64,000 nt of DNA, from the NCBI GenBank assembly GCA_037190965.1, contig JBBCKI010000050.1, positions 1 to 64,000 of the forward strand, read 5' to 3'. A model generated the notes under the pieces. The model was given only the letters and a program-made list of their open reading frames with translations. It was not told where the DNA came from and did not search any database. The DNA is from Chthoniobacteraceae bacterium (GTDB lineage: Bacteria > Verrucomicrobiota > Verrucomicrobiia > Chthoniobacterales > Chthoniobacteraceae). The position numbers were made by a program, and so were the translations under genes. Each line of letters opens with the position of its first letter. Position 1 is the stretch's first letter. Of the stretch, positions 1-9,842 are shown piece after piece.

Positions 1-79
1 GGGTACGGCGAGCTTCGACGAAAGTCATTTGCTGCCAGCGGATTGCGGCAGATCGCCCCGATCCATTGCCGTTTTTAGG
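1..79. repeat. Right half of a MITE-like element (family A), cut by the window edge
   Basis: GGGTACGGCGAGC..TCGACGAAAGTCA..GCCAGC..CAGATCGCCCCGATCCAT..GTTTTTAGG closely matches 41656-41817. Confidence 0.8.
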
Positions 80-110
80 TTGAAGGATTGCGACCACAAC
101 GCCGAAAATT

Positions 111-2351
111 TCAAGCTATCGAGGAAGCGGCTCCAGTAATACTGACCGACATTTTCCCCGCAGGGGCCATGATGATCGCCGTCTCGAGCGTTAGGGGGCC
201 GAAACTAACGGGACTCACCTTGACCTCGTCGCAGTCCAGCTTAGCTCCCCACAACCTTGCCTGAAGCCAGGGTATAAACTGCATACTGGAGGAAACGGTA
301 TGGTCCCAGTAGATTTTCGACGTGCGATAGCTTTCCGCCCATGCATTCAGGTATTGTGGATCACCAAACCGCATCGTACAGAACCCTAAGAACCGGGCTA
401 GCGTATCCTGATGCCACTGTGGTTCGCTAGGCAAAGGGGATCGCGTCTGGGAAAAGACGTCATGATACTCCCGGCCACCCCCCATGTCCTGAACGTAAGA
501 CCATCCCTTAATACCATTCCGCTCCCATCGCTCCGCTATTAGCCAATCGGCGAACTTTCGAACGGCCGTCAGGAAGGTCTCTTCCTCGGGAAAGATCTCA
601 AGATAGTCGATGACAGGATTCATTGCCAAGAGGCCCATCCAAGGCTTGGAGATATAGCCCGCAAACTGATGCACGCCAGCTCCCCCGCCTTGATCGCCGA
701 AGCTGCCGTTTTCGCGCTGTGACTGAACGACCATCAAACATCCTTCGTAAGCGATTGTTCGATAATAGTCCGCGCCAAAATAACGATAGAGCAGGAGCGC
801 GCCCCGAAGATAGCAGGCGTCTCGGCCGACGGCGAGCCGTGGCCATGAGTTGCGATTCCGAAAATGCGAGGAGAGCGTCACCGCCTCCGCCGCCTCGATA
901 AGATAGGGATCGCCCGTTTCCAGGTATGCTGCAATCGCTCCCTGAACCCGGCTCATCGGCAAAGCGGATGCCGGGGGGAGAAAGCCGGGAATGCGCACGG
1001 CCGTGGCGGCATGATCAATGCAGACATCCGTAAAGTAGTACGCCGAACGGATCGCTGCTTCGTAATCTGCAATCTCACCAGTTCGCCAAGCGGTCAGAAA
1101 CTGCCCATAGCTAATTTCTCCCTCCCATCCGGGCTCCCGCCCTTCACGACCTTTAAAAGTTCCCTGAACGGTTTCGAGCCGTGGCAGAGCGCCATCCTCA
1201 AAACCGCCGCGGATCTGGTATTTCTCCACCCATTGACGGCTCAGATCGATCGTGCGGTCATATTCGTTTGAAACGGGAAGAAGCGGCTCGGGCTGGAATT
1301 CTTCACAGAGGCCATACCACCAAGCCGGAGGCAGATAGCGAACCACCTTGGGGGAGCGATCGGACAGGCTGAACGAGAATCGTAGAGTCCGTGCCATTCC
1401 CGCCGGAAAATCCCGGTCCTCAGCCTGGAAAAGATACGGGGTACCCGTGGCGTCCAGGGTCCCCTGTCCACCATAAAGTTCCACGCCCATGTAGGGCTGC
1501 CAGACCGTAAAGCCGTTGGCTTTCTCCTGCCAAATGGCCCCCGGCTGTTCGCGCGTGGCCAGCCGGGCACACTCGGAAAGGTCGAAGCGAATACCCCCCC
1601 ATGTGGTTTCCCCCGGTTCCAAGCCGCCCGGCCATTCTTGGTCCTCCGGCCCCGGCGCGTCGAATTTAAACCCGATCACCGGAACCGTGTCGGGGAGCAG
1701 GCCGCCTTCATCGAAGAATTTGCTATTGATATGATGGGCAAACACCTCGCAAACACCATTCGCATAGAGGCGAATGTAGAGATGGCCGTTGAGCCAATGA
1801 TGCCTGTGAAAAAGAGAGTTGAGCCGGTTCTTGTCTTTGTAATCTTCCTCTTCGAGAACCACGTGCGGAATAGCTCCACCCATCTCGATCACCCTGCATT
1901 CCGGACTTTCGTGAATCACGGTGAGACGGCAAGCCTCCCACCAGTTCACTCTATTGCCCGTGCGCAAGCCCATGACAATCCCGAGGGAGCGCTCCCCATA
2001 TTGAAGCTGCAGGAGATGCTTTTCCCAATTGATCTCGAAGGGGGCGTTCTGCGCGAAGCATTCCATCTTCGCCGAGGGAGGAACGCCCGCGAAGGGAGGA
2101 TTCTGCGACTTTGTAAGGCGCAGTTGCTTCGGCGCTTCGGAGCCGCCATCCGCAAACAAAAGAAGGCGGCGGGGCTCTGAACTGCCCGGCCATCGGCCCA
2201 AGGGCAGGTTGGCCGTTGGGCGTCCCTCCAAGGAGAAGCGCAGGCCCGCCTGCCGGGGGCAGGGAAGCGAACTCACCCATAGGCCGGCTTCTGAATCGTC
2301 GCCCAGGCGGGCGAGCGTCATGTCGTCGAGCAATCGGGCGAAATCAATCAT
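111..2351 (-). CDS. Hypothetical 746-aa protein, probably with a C-terminal alpha/alpha-barrel (lyase/glycosidase-like, resembling PcRGLX/YetA-like proteins)
   Basis: Long ORF with no signal peptide; W/Y-rich helical repeats (AAYLETGDPYLIEAAE, LLYRYFGADYYR, QRENGSF); family assignment tentative. Confidence 0.55.
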   Translation of the reverse strand: MIDFARLLDDMTLARLGDDSEAGLWVSSLPCPRQAGLRFSLEGRPTANLPLGRWPGSSEPRRLLLFADGGSEAPKQLRLTKSQNPPFAGVPPSAKMECFAQNAPFEINWEKHLLQLQYGERSLGIVMGLRTGNRVNWWEACRLTVIHESPECRVIEMGGAIPHVVLEEEDYKDKNRLNSLFHRHHWLNGHLYIRLYANGVCEVFAHHINSKFFDEGGLLPDTVPVIGFKFDAPGPEDQEWPGGLEPGETTWGGIRFDLSECARLATREQPGAIWQEKANGFTVWQPYMGVELYGGQGTLDATGTPYLFQAEDRDFPAGMARTLRFSFSLSDRSPKVVRYLPPAWWYGLCEEFQPEPLLPVSNEYDRTIDLSRQWVEKYQIRGGFEDGALPRLETVQGTFKGREGREPGWEGEISYGQFLTAWRTGEIADYEAAIRSAYYFTDVCIDHAATAVRIPGFLPPASALPMSRVQGAIAAYLETGDPYLIEAAEAVTLSSHFRNRNSWPRLAVGRDACYLRGALLLYRYFGADYYRTIAYEGCLMVVQSQRENGSFGDQGGGAGVHQFAGYISKPWMGLLAMNPVIDYLEIFPEEETFLTAVRKFADWLIAERWERNGIKGWSYVQDMGGGREYHDVFSQTRSPLPSEPQWHQDTLARFLGFCTMRFGDPQYLNAWAESYRTSKIYWDHTVSSSMQFIPWLQARLWGAKLDCDEVKVSPVSFGPLTLETAIIMAPAGKMSVSITGAASSIA

Positions 2352-2396
2352 AAGTGTTAGCGAAGATACTTGTCGGTCCGAATGGAGGACGATGGG

Positions 2397-5300
2397 TTAT
2401 CGCTTCACGGCAGGCTTCTCCTGCTTCCCGGTTGCGGCATTCGGGGCTTGAATCAAACCGTCTGCTTCCGCAATCGCGCGGGGAACCAGCAAGGACGCCG
2501 GCGATTTCGCCCAAAGAAGCGGAACCGAGTAAAGAAGCGGGAAGTGAATTCCCTGGCTCCTCATACTCACTAGCGACCCATCTTCACCCGACTCTAACGG
2601 GATTCGGTGAATGCCGACTTCGCTAATGTCCACCGTCCGGGTTTCAATCAAGGCGGCACTCGGTAGTCCCTCGTGGAAGGTCAGCCGCTGGACGATCGGG
2701 GCGAAACATTCCAGATCCAGGCTTTTCGTTCCCTTGGGAATGTAGAACCAAGCGTCAGGTTGGGTCCCTGACCGAAGGTTGGTGTAAAAGGTTTGCGCGA
2801 ATTCACCCGAACACATTCCTTGAGCCTCGTCGTAATCCAGGGTGGTCAATTTCACGGCGTTGCCCCCTTGGCCAATGACAATCCGGTAGATTCCCTCATG
2901 GATAGCGGGGATACGCACCTCCAACCACTGCACAACAGTGCCGTTTGAAAGAGTTTTCGGCTGCGGGAATTGCGCGACCATGGAGGGATCGACCCAATCG
3001 TGCCACTCCCGGGTACCTGAATTCCAATAACTGATCTCATACGGAATCGCGGTGGAGTTCTTTTGCTGAGACGCGTCGGTCGGCCAGAAGAGCTTGAACC
3101 CAATCTCCTGCCCTGCCTTTTCGGCACGGGTCAAAAAGCCGATCGGGGTATGGGCTATTCCACTATAGGAGAGCGCGTTCTCCATCGGGTTGCCGACGAA
3201 TGCCGGAATGGTCACAAGATCGTTAAGATCAATCTCTGCCGCACGGCGGCCATTCTCCAAAACGGCATCGGCAAACTCCGTTACTTCAATGGGCTGCCAG
3301 TGCTCCAGGATGGTCTTCCACCACTTCTGCGTTTCTTCATGGGTATAGTGGGCCGGCCCTCCGGCAAAATTCGCCCCTGCAAGTTCGGGTACCAGGTGGT
3401 AGCCATCTCCTTTTTTGAAATAAACGATCTGCGCGGTCAGCATCGGGGTAATATACGACATCTGGCCTTTCCACATGAATTCCTTAAAAGCCATGGAATC
3501 GGGCGTGGCCTGACCGCTTTCAATTAGATAATAAAAATACCAAAACTGCTTGAGATCATCCAACCGCAGGCGAACAGCCTCGCTGGCACCGTCGAACTTA
3601 CGGTCCGCCGCGTCAAGCAGCCGAATCGCTTTGGCCCAATTTCGCGGCGAACTTAACTTGAAGTTCTCCGGAGACATGAAGTCATAGTAAACCTTCATCT
3701 CTTGCCAGACCGGTCCGAAGGCGCGCTGGAACCACTGGTCGCGGATACGGTCAAGTTCCTCCGAAGTTATGCGGGGATTCCAAAGCACTTTGCTGGAGAG
3801 ATAATAGAACAGACCCATCTTCCCGAAATTAAGGTCCGCCTCGCCCGAGAAAGCCCGAAAGCCCGCATCGTATTTCGGTTTGTAATCGTTGATCACGGCT
3901 TTGGCGAGAGTGGATCTGCCCGCGATCATGGAAGGCACATGGTCCCTGTATCGCGAGAAGCTCAGGATCTGGTAGTCAGCCAACGGTTCCCTCGGCAGGA
4001 GAATCCGGAAGGCGGAAGCGATGTCGGTATTGGTCTTGTAGCCAACCCATTTCCCGGTTCCGCGGTGCTTGGGATATCCGGCAACCATGAGCCGAATTCT
4101 TGGGTCGAGATTAAAGTTCGGGGGAACGTCGTGGTAGTTATAGCTGTATAGTGAGGCGCGGATCAGTTCCTTCTTGGACTTCCCCGTAGAGGTGGCGCGC
4201 TCGGCTTCCGGAAGCGAGTCGATCCATTTGTCGAACTCACGCAGCAGCCAGTTATTGAATCCAAAGACCGTATCGGACGGAGCGTTGGGGTCCCAAATCT
4301 CGTTCTCTTGTTTTAATCCCCGGAAGCCGTTCAGCTTGTAAGGCCGTCCAAAAGAAAGACCTTCGGCCTGAAGGTAATCGGGATACCAGTTTGGAAATGC
4401 GGCTAGCTGGCCCATTTCCGCCATTCCCCCGCCATCTGCGGGATCGGTGGGATAAACGAAAAAGTCGTCGGGATTCTTGTCGAAGCTGGCTTCGGCCATC
4501 CTCTTTACTTCATCGAAAATCATCTGCCGAACAAATGGCACCGAGAGATCGACGGTACGTTCGAAAAACGCGTTAGGAGCCCACTGAGTCCCGTTGGAAA
4601 GGAAGAACTTCCCTGCCTGCGGCCCCTCGGCATCATTATTGATCCAGAGATGATATTTATTTTCTTCCGAAGCGGCGGGGCGCTCTGAATCCGCACCGAT
4701 GGTTGCGTGAGAGACGAGCATCCCCTTTTCCGTTCCCTGCTCGCGCATCGCTGCGATGACTTTTTCACGAAAGAGTTGAAGCGCGTGGCCGGGAAAGTGG
4801 GGCATCGATTGCCCTGCCATGCGCGTGCCCACAAGCCATCGTTGAGCGCTGATTTCGACATTCTCGTCTGCGGGATCGGGCAATTCCATGTTCCGCATGC
4901 TCAAGGTGCCGGCTCCGCCATGCTGCCCACAGGTGAAATGGATATTGCGAATGTAAAAACCGGGGCGTCCTGACTCTTCCAGCAGGAAAGTCAGCGGCTT
5001 GCCGTGGTAGTCGGGAACATGCGTCCAGTTCGGGCCAACGCCGAGCGTCTCGTAACCGACGGACTCAAGCAGCGCCACCGCTCCGGCGAGCAGACCTTCG
5101 GTGGTATTGGCAACCACCAGAAGGCGCTTCGGTTCCGAGCGAATGAAGTATGCTTCCTTATCGTTGTAATCGTCTTCATCGGACCTCCGTAGCGCCTCCT
5201 TGACTGCCGGGTCGTCCTGAATTCCTTTCGAGGCGTGGCTGATCAAAGTAAACACAACGCCTTCTGAATCACCCTCGCCCTCTTGGATGGTAACTTCCTT

Positions 5301-5570
5301 TCCCGTCATCCGTTGAACGGCTTCCTGGAAGTACCAAGCCGCCGCCAGAATCGGTTTTGCGGGATTCGGCAAAGGACTGAACAGATGACGCTTCACATCA
5401 TCCCAACTGAACTCCTTGACTTGCTCATCTACGCCTGTCCCCCTGATGAACAAAGATGCCACTCTGCCGTCCGGCTTGGTCAATGAAAACGGAGCGGGTT
5501 CCGCGTTGAGCGTTCCGGCAACGAGGATGAGGGGCAAGAATAAGTTGAGGTGAATTTTGTTGGCAAACAT
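2397..5570 (-). CDS. Secreted divergent DUF4838-type protein (putative glycoside hydrolase-like), ~1057 aa
   Basis: Signal peptide MFANKIHLNLFLPLILVAGTLNA; N-terminal EAYFIRSEPKRLLVVAN..GLLAGAVALLESVG segment; YSYNYHDVPP and YYLSSKVLWNP..QRAFGP motifs. Confidence 0.65.
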   Translation of the reverse strand: MFANKIHLNLFLPLILVAGTLNAEPAPFSLTKPDGRVASLFIRGTGVDEQVKEFSWDDVKRHLFSPLPNPAKPILAAAWYFQEAVQRMTGKEVTIQEGEGDSEGVVFTLISHASKGIQDDPAVKEALRRSDEDDYNDKEAYFIRSEPKRLLVVANTTEGLLAGAVALLESVGYETLGVGPNWTHVPDYHGKPLTFLLEESGRPGFYIRNIHFTCGQHGGAGTLSMRNMELPDPADENVEISAQRWLVGTRMAGQSMPHFPGHALQLFREKVIAAMREQGTEKGMLVSHATIGADSERPAASEENKYHLWINNDAEGPQAGKFFLSNGTQWAPNAFFERTVDLSVPFVRQMIFDEVKRMAEASFDKNPDDFFVYPTDPADGGGMAEMGQLAAFPNWYPDYLQAEGLSFGRPYKLNGFRGLKQENEIWDPNAPSDTVFGFNNWLLREFDKWIDSLPEAERATSTGKSKKELIRASLYSYNYHDVPPNFNLDPRIRLMVAGYPKHRGTGKWVGYKTNTDIASAFRILLPREPLADYQILSFSRYRDHVPSMIAGRSTLAKAVINDYKPKYDAGFRAFSGEADLNFGKMGLFYYLSSKVLWNPRITSEELDRIRDQWFQRAFGPVWQEMKVYYDFMSPENFKLSSPRNWAKAIRLLDAADRKFDGASEAVRLRLDDLKQFWYFYYLIESGQATPDSMAFKEFMWKGQMSYITPMLTAQIVYFKKGDGYHLVPELAGANFAGGPAHYTHEETQKWWKTILEHWQPIEVTEFADAVLENGRRAAEIDLNDLVTIPAFVGNPMENALSYSGIAHTPIGFLTRAEKAGQEIGFKLFWPTDASQQKNSTAIPYEISYWNSGTREWHDWVDPSMVAQFPQPKTLSNGTVVQWLEVRIPAIHEGIYRIVIGQGGNAVKLTTLDYDEAQGMCSGEFAQTFYTNLRSGTQPDAWFYIPKGTKSLDLECFAPIVQRLTFHEGLPSAALIETRTVDISEVGIHRIPLESGEDGSLVSMRSQGIHFPLLYSVPLLWAKSPASLLVPRAIAEADGLIQAPNAATGKQEKPAVKR

Positions 5571-5901
5571 ACTAAGAGAAGAAGAAAATAGGTTACTTGC
5601 GGCAAGGCGTCCGCGCCCTTTTTCGAGGATATATTCGAATCCCCCGGTCCAAACCCGAGTTTCCGAAGCTGGCCGCCGCGATCTCGTGCAACTTTCTGAG
5701 TGTAAGTCTGGCTGCAAGCGGCGCCAGGAGTTCGTCTTATCGTAAAGATGCAGCGAACGTCTCCTTAGCTTGCTTTCGCATCAAGCTCCTGCGAACAATT
5801 GCGTTCGCTTCAAAATTAAAGTTTGGATTAAAGCGGTGCGACTTTCCCATTGAAGGGATTTTTAACTTCCTTCCAAACCGACTCTGACTGTCGAACCCAA
5901 C

Positions 5902-7557
5902 TCAGCAAGCGGTGCGCGAGCTCCGCCGGCGCTGACGCCAGAGGATACTCGCCAGCCCGACTCCCAGGATACCGATGGTGGAAGGCTCGGGAATCACGTT
6001 GGTCAGATAGATGTAGTTCGGACCAGATCCATCAATCTGTCCCCACTTCAGTTCGTCGTAAGAAAGCCAGGAGGGCGCGATGAGTTCCGTGATCTCAGGC
6101 GCTCCAGTGAAGCTGGCGGCATCGTATTGGAACAAGATCAGATTTCCACCGTAATTCCATCCCGTTCCGTCATAGTTTAGTTCCAATTTGAACTTATTGA
6201 GAGTAAACGATCCGGCCGTCATTCCGAGAATATGGACGAGAGGCGAGCTTTCATTACCCCAGGTGAAAGCCAAAGTCGAGTTTGCGCCGATAGCAACCGT
6301 GGTTGCCGTAAGACTAAACGTATCCAGATTAATCCTTGAGCCGCTTGTCAGCGTAAACTTGCCAGTATTAGCTACGCCCTGGACCGTTCTCAGATCATGT
6401 TTGAGAACAATATTGCCGGCCTGGCCCGTAGCTTCCCCTACTGTAAAATTGGTTGTGAGAGCCGTCCGAGCGATCCACACATCCTTTTGCGTGGCAATAC
6501 CTCCCGCGAAGATGATTCCGCCTGCGGCGCCGCCGCCATAGTCAATCGCGTTGTTCGTTCCGCCCTTGTCGGTGAAACTTCCGGCAACGATAAACTTGAT
6601 CCCATTGACCAGCTCAAGATAGGAACCGCTGCCGTTCGTTGCGGCATTATACGTCACGTTTCCTTGCACTCGATTCTCCTTCGACGCAAGATTGGTACTC
6701 AGCATCATCTTGATCGAATTCGTATTACTCGTCGAATTGCCCAGAATCAGATTACCCAAGGGGGAATCGTAGATGAGGTAATTGGTGGTCGTGCCCCCCG
6801 CTCCGAACGCGAGATCAAGGGTCGAGGTCGGGGAGAAGTCCCAGCGCCCTGCGAGCTTATTGCTGTTTGGACCAGTTGGCTGGACATAGTTTTGAGCAGT
6901 AACTCTAACGGTCACATTGTCCTCGACCTTCACTACCCCCTCACCCTGGAGCAGGTTTGAGATCTCGAAAACCCCATTTGCAGCCGCGCTGGAGTCCTTG
7001 ATGGTGTAATTTCGCGACTTAAGGATGTCGCCTCCAGCTGGCCCCGTGGAAAATTTATAACCGTTCAGGTCAATCAGCAGGCGGGCCGGATCTCCCGAGG
7101 TATTCTTAAATGAGGAGGGGGGAAGCTGTACGGTTGAGAGCGCAGTGTCGGTAACCGTCAGTGCGTTCCCCAGCTTCAACGTCGTGCTTCCGGTGGCTCC
7201 GGCATGCGACAACGTGAGGGAATCGAGACTTGTCGCCACGTTAGGCGTATTGAGAATGAGGTTTCCGTTCGTGCTGTTTTCAATGGTGACATACGCAAGA
7301 AGTCGGTCTCCAGAGGGGGGGATGAAGCTACGGGGGTAGATCCATGCGGGGGTCGACGCGGGAGGATTAGACGAAGTCCAGCCGGTACCATTCCAAGTTG
7401 AGGAAACCCAACTCGACGTGGCGCTCCAGTTGTATTCGCCATCGGTTCCGCCTCCCCAATCGGATTTTATATAGAGGGTAGCCGCTTGAGCGGTGGGGAT
7501 AGCCATTGCTCCAACGGCGATGAAACAGCAAACAGATACGCATTTTGTCATGTTCAT
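5902..7557 (-). CDS. PEP-CTERM sorting-domain surface protein
   Basis: Signal peptide; G/T/N/S-rich beta-type body; C-terminal IPEPST + TM helix + RQRRR. Confidence 0.92.
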   Translation of the reverse strand: MNMTKCVSVCCFIAVGAMAIPTAQAATLYIKSDWGGGTDGEYNWSATSSWVSSTWNGTGWTSSNPPASTPAWIYPRSFIPPSGDRLLAYVTIENSTNGNLILNTPNVATSLDSLTLSHAGATGSTTLKLGNALTVTDTALSTVQLPPSSFKNTSGDPARLLIDLNGYKFSTGPAGGDILKSRNYTIKDSSAAANGVFEISNLLQGEGVVKVEDNVTVRVTAQNYVQPTGPNSNKLAGRWDFSPTSTLDLAFGAGGTTTNYLIYDSPLGNLILGNSTSNTNSIKMMLSTNLASKENRVQGNVTYNAATNGSGSYLELVNGIKFIVAGSFTDKGGTNNAIDYGGGAAGGIIFAGGIATQKDVWIARTALTTNFTVGEATGQAGNIVLKHDLRTVQGVANTGKFTLTSGSRINLDTFSLTATTVAIGANSTLAFTWGNESSPLVHILGMTAGSFTLNKFKLELNYDGTGWNYGGNLILFQYDAASFTGAPEITELIAPSWLSYDELKWGQIDGSGPNYIYLTNVIPEPSTIGILGVGLASILWRQRRRSSRTAC

Positions 7558-7571
7558 TGAGGGTTAATAAC

Positions 7572-7606
7572 AGCGTATCTATTTTTTCAAAACTGTCTAC
7601 AGATTT
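7572..7606 (-). promoter_or_regulatory. Candidate sigma70 promoter of the PEP-CTERM gene with an overlapping palindrome
   Basis: TAGACA-N16-TACGCT on the minus strand; CTGT-CT-ACAG dyad (7593-7602) over the -35. Confidence 0.4.
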
Positions 7607-8177
7607 CTTGTTGACCTGAAAATCCATCGGCAAGAAACCACCACTCTAATCAAGCTGTAGCCTGTATTCCCCGCCATTGCTCCTAAGAAAAAATGAGCTC
7701 ATCTGACGCCCTGTTCGCGGCCTCCGCTAGGCTTCTTCCCGCACCCTGAGTTCGGGAATCTTATGGACCCAATAGAAGTTCTGGCACCGAGATCATCGTC
7801 GTCTGAATTGAACTGCGCCAACGGCTTGGGAGAACTGTCATTCCATCCGAGGGGACAAATGGCTCCCGCTACTGTGTACTCGGATTCGATGCTTGCTCTG
7901 CGACCTAGAGCGGCTTGCGCAGGGTCACGTGGATACCTCTTGTAAGAATTCCCGAACTGCGCGCGGCGGCGCTACGGGGTACAAAGTTCTCAGAACGGAG
8001 TCTATCAACGCCAATTATCTTGGCGACGCGTCCCCGCCCGGCCCGCTTTTGGCCCGGGAAGATGCGTCTCAACTATCTTCGATCGCGAAGTTTAAGCGGT
8101 AGCGACGCGGTGACTTCTGGGAGGCCCTCGGAGTTATCAATTTCCGGGAGCCCTCCAACAAAGCCATGAAGAGTCCC

Positions 8178-9326
8178 TTACTGCGGAATATCCATAGGGC
8201 AGGAACCGCTTCTCAATGATTCTGCCCCCAGGAAGCCCGTAGCAACGGCTATGCGGGCATCCCAGGCCGTGGCCCCAATTGTCGGTCCTCCTCTGAGGAA
8301 GGCCACAAAATCCTCCAACAGGAATGGGTCCGCACCGCCGTGTGAGCCTTCGGTGTAAGGAATGCGGAAAACTTCGTTGCCGTGCTCCTGATAGCCCATC
8401 CGACGATTCCACAGGTGGACGGTCGCCAGATGATCCGGGGTAGAATGATCTCCATAGTTCTCGATCCTGCCTTCCGTACCGATGATGGTGTAGTTGCGAT
8501 GGTCGTCTGGGGTGAAATGGCACTGCTGGTAGGAAGCCTGGACGCCATTGTCTAGTTGCATGAGAAGCATGCTGTGATCTTCGACGTCGATAATCGGACT
8601 CATCCCGGTCTGAGTCAGAGGTGGCCAGTTATTGCGGTCGAAGAAGCCGGGGCAACCTTCGTGCGGGGAGCGGCGGCTTTGAATTTGGTTATAGACACCA
8701 AGTTTTCCCATCCCCACCACACGGCTGGTATGGCCACCGGCGAGGTAGTGAATGACATCAATGTCGTGCGCTCCCTTTTGAAGTAACAAACTGGTGCTGT
8801 TCTTCCGTTCCGAATGCCAGCTCTTGAAATAGGCGTCGCCCCCGTAACTAATGAAGTGGCGGCACCAGATTGCTTCGACGCGACCAATCCGTCCCGCCGA
8901 AATCAGTTCGCGCATTTTCTGAATGACCGGGAAAAATCGCATATTGTGCCCGACATAAAGCTTCACCTTGTTCCTGGCTGCCGCAGCAAGGATGGCGTCG
9001 CATTCGTCAATGCTGATCGCCATCGGCTTTTCCAGAAATACGTGTTTCCCGGCATTCAGCGCAGCAATGGCGTGTTCCGCATGCAAATAATCGGGGGTAC
9101 AAACAAAAACGGCATGGATTGACGGATTTTCCAAGATCTCGCGGTAATTCGTAGTCCGGATCAACGCCTCTCCGCAGCAGTCATACCGTTCCAGGTTTTC
9201 CAGGTTCGGGGCGCAGACGGCGACGATTCTCAGCCCCGCTTCCGGACGATGGATCATGAGAGAAATGCGGCCTCTCCCGTGAGGGCCAAGAACCGCGAAG
9301 TTGATTTCTTGAAGAGAAGGAGTCAT
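8178..9326 (-). CDS. Gfo/Idh/MocA family NAD(P)-dependent oxidoreductase
   Basis: VCTPDYLH, HVFLEKPMA, GHNMRF and LLLQKGAHDID motifs. Confidence 0.92.
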   Translation of the reverse strand: MTPSLQEINFAVLGPHGRGRISLMIHRPEAGLRIVAVCAPNLENLERYDCCGEALIRTTNYREILENPSIHAVFVCTPDYLHAEHAIAALNAGKHVFLEKPMAISIDECDAILAAAARNKVKLYVGHNMRFFPVIQKMRELISAGRIGRVEAIWCRHFISYGGDAYFKSWHSERKNSTSLLLQKGAHDIDVIHYLAGGHTSRVVGMGKLGVYNQIQSRRSPHEGCPGFFDRNNWPPLTQTGMSPIIDVEDHSMLLMQLDNGVQASYQQCHFTPDDHRNYTIIGTEGRIENYGDHSTPDHLATVHLWNRRMGYQEHGNEVFRIPYTEGSHGGADPFLLEDFVAFLRGGPTIGATAWDARIAVATGFLGAESLRSGSCPMDIPQ

Positions 9327-9701
9327 CGATATTGATGGATATTAATAGGTTCTGTTCTTCGCGGCGAATGTCGAAATACATACGCGGCGATGGGAGTCTC
9401 GAACGAAGCTACGGCGGGGCGTGATCGCTAGTCAATTCGAAATATACCGCGAATAGCAGGAAGGGTGTTGAAAATTGCGATTTGCATTCCGGCGGATTGC
9501 CCGAACCGGGGGCACGCAATCGTCGGCGCTACCGACCCAAATTGAGCGCCGTGAACTTCGAATAATCTGCCAGGAACGGACCAGCGCGGATACCTCACAG
9601 ACGACAACTTCAAGAAAGACCGATCTTCTGCTACGGAGAAGGTCCATAATTCGCTGAAAATCAACGAGATGAGATAGCCGGCCTCGGAAAATCAAATTCC
9701 C

Positions 9702-9730
9702 TTTACAAAAAATAAATGCGCTTCTATTAT
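9702..9730 (+). promoter_or_regulatory. Sigma70-type promoter upstream of the DUF4838 gene
   Basis: TTTACA-N17-TATTAT. Confidence 0.55.
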
Positions 9731-9842
9731 CGAGGACAGTGAGGAGTTGAGAGGGGAATCCGCGTGAGTAGATCGGCCCTCCGGTCAGCCCTTTTGTTTC
9801 CATCTCATGGATCTCACTCGCCTTTTACAACCTTCCTCCAAA

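Noticed and set aside
5791..5808. LexA (GAAC-N4-GTTC) box
   Set aside because: Spacer is 6 rather than 4, and the context is not DNA repair
9432..9803. 123-aa minus ORF in the divergent promoter region
   Set aside because: No family motif; overlaps a good promoter; probably spurious
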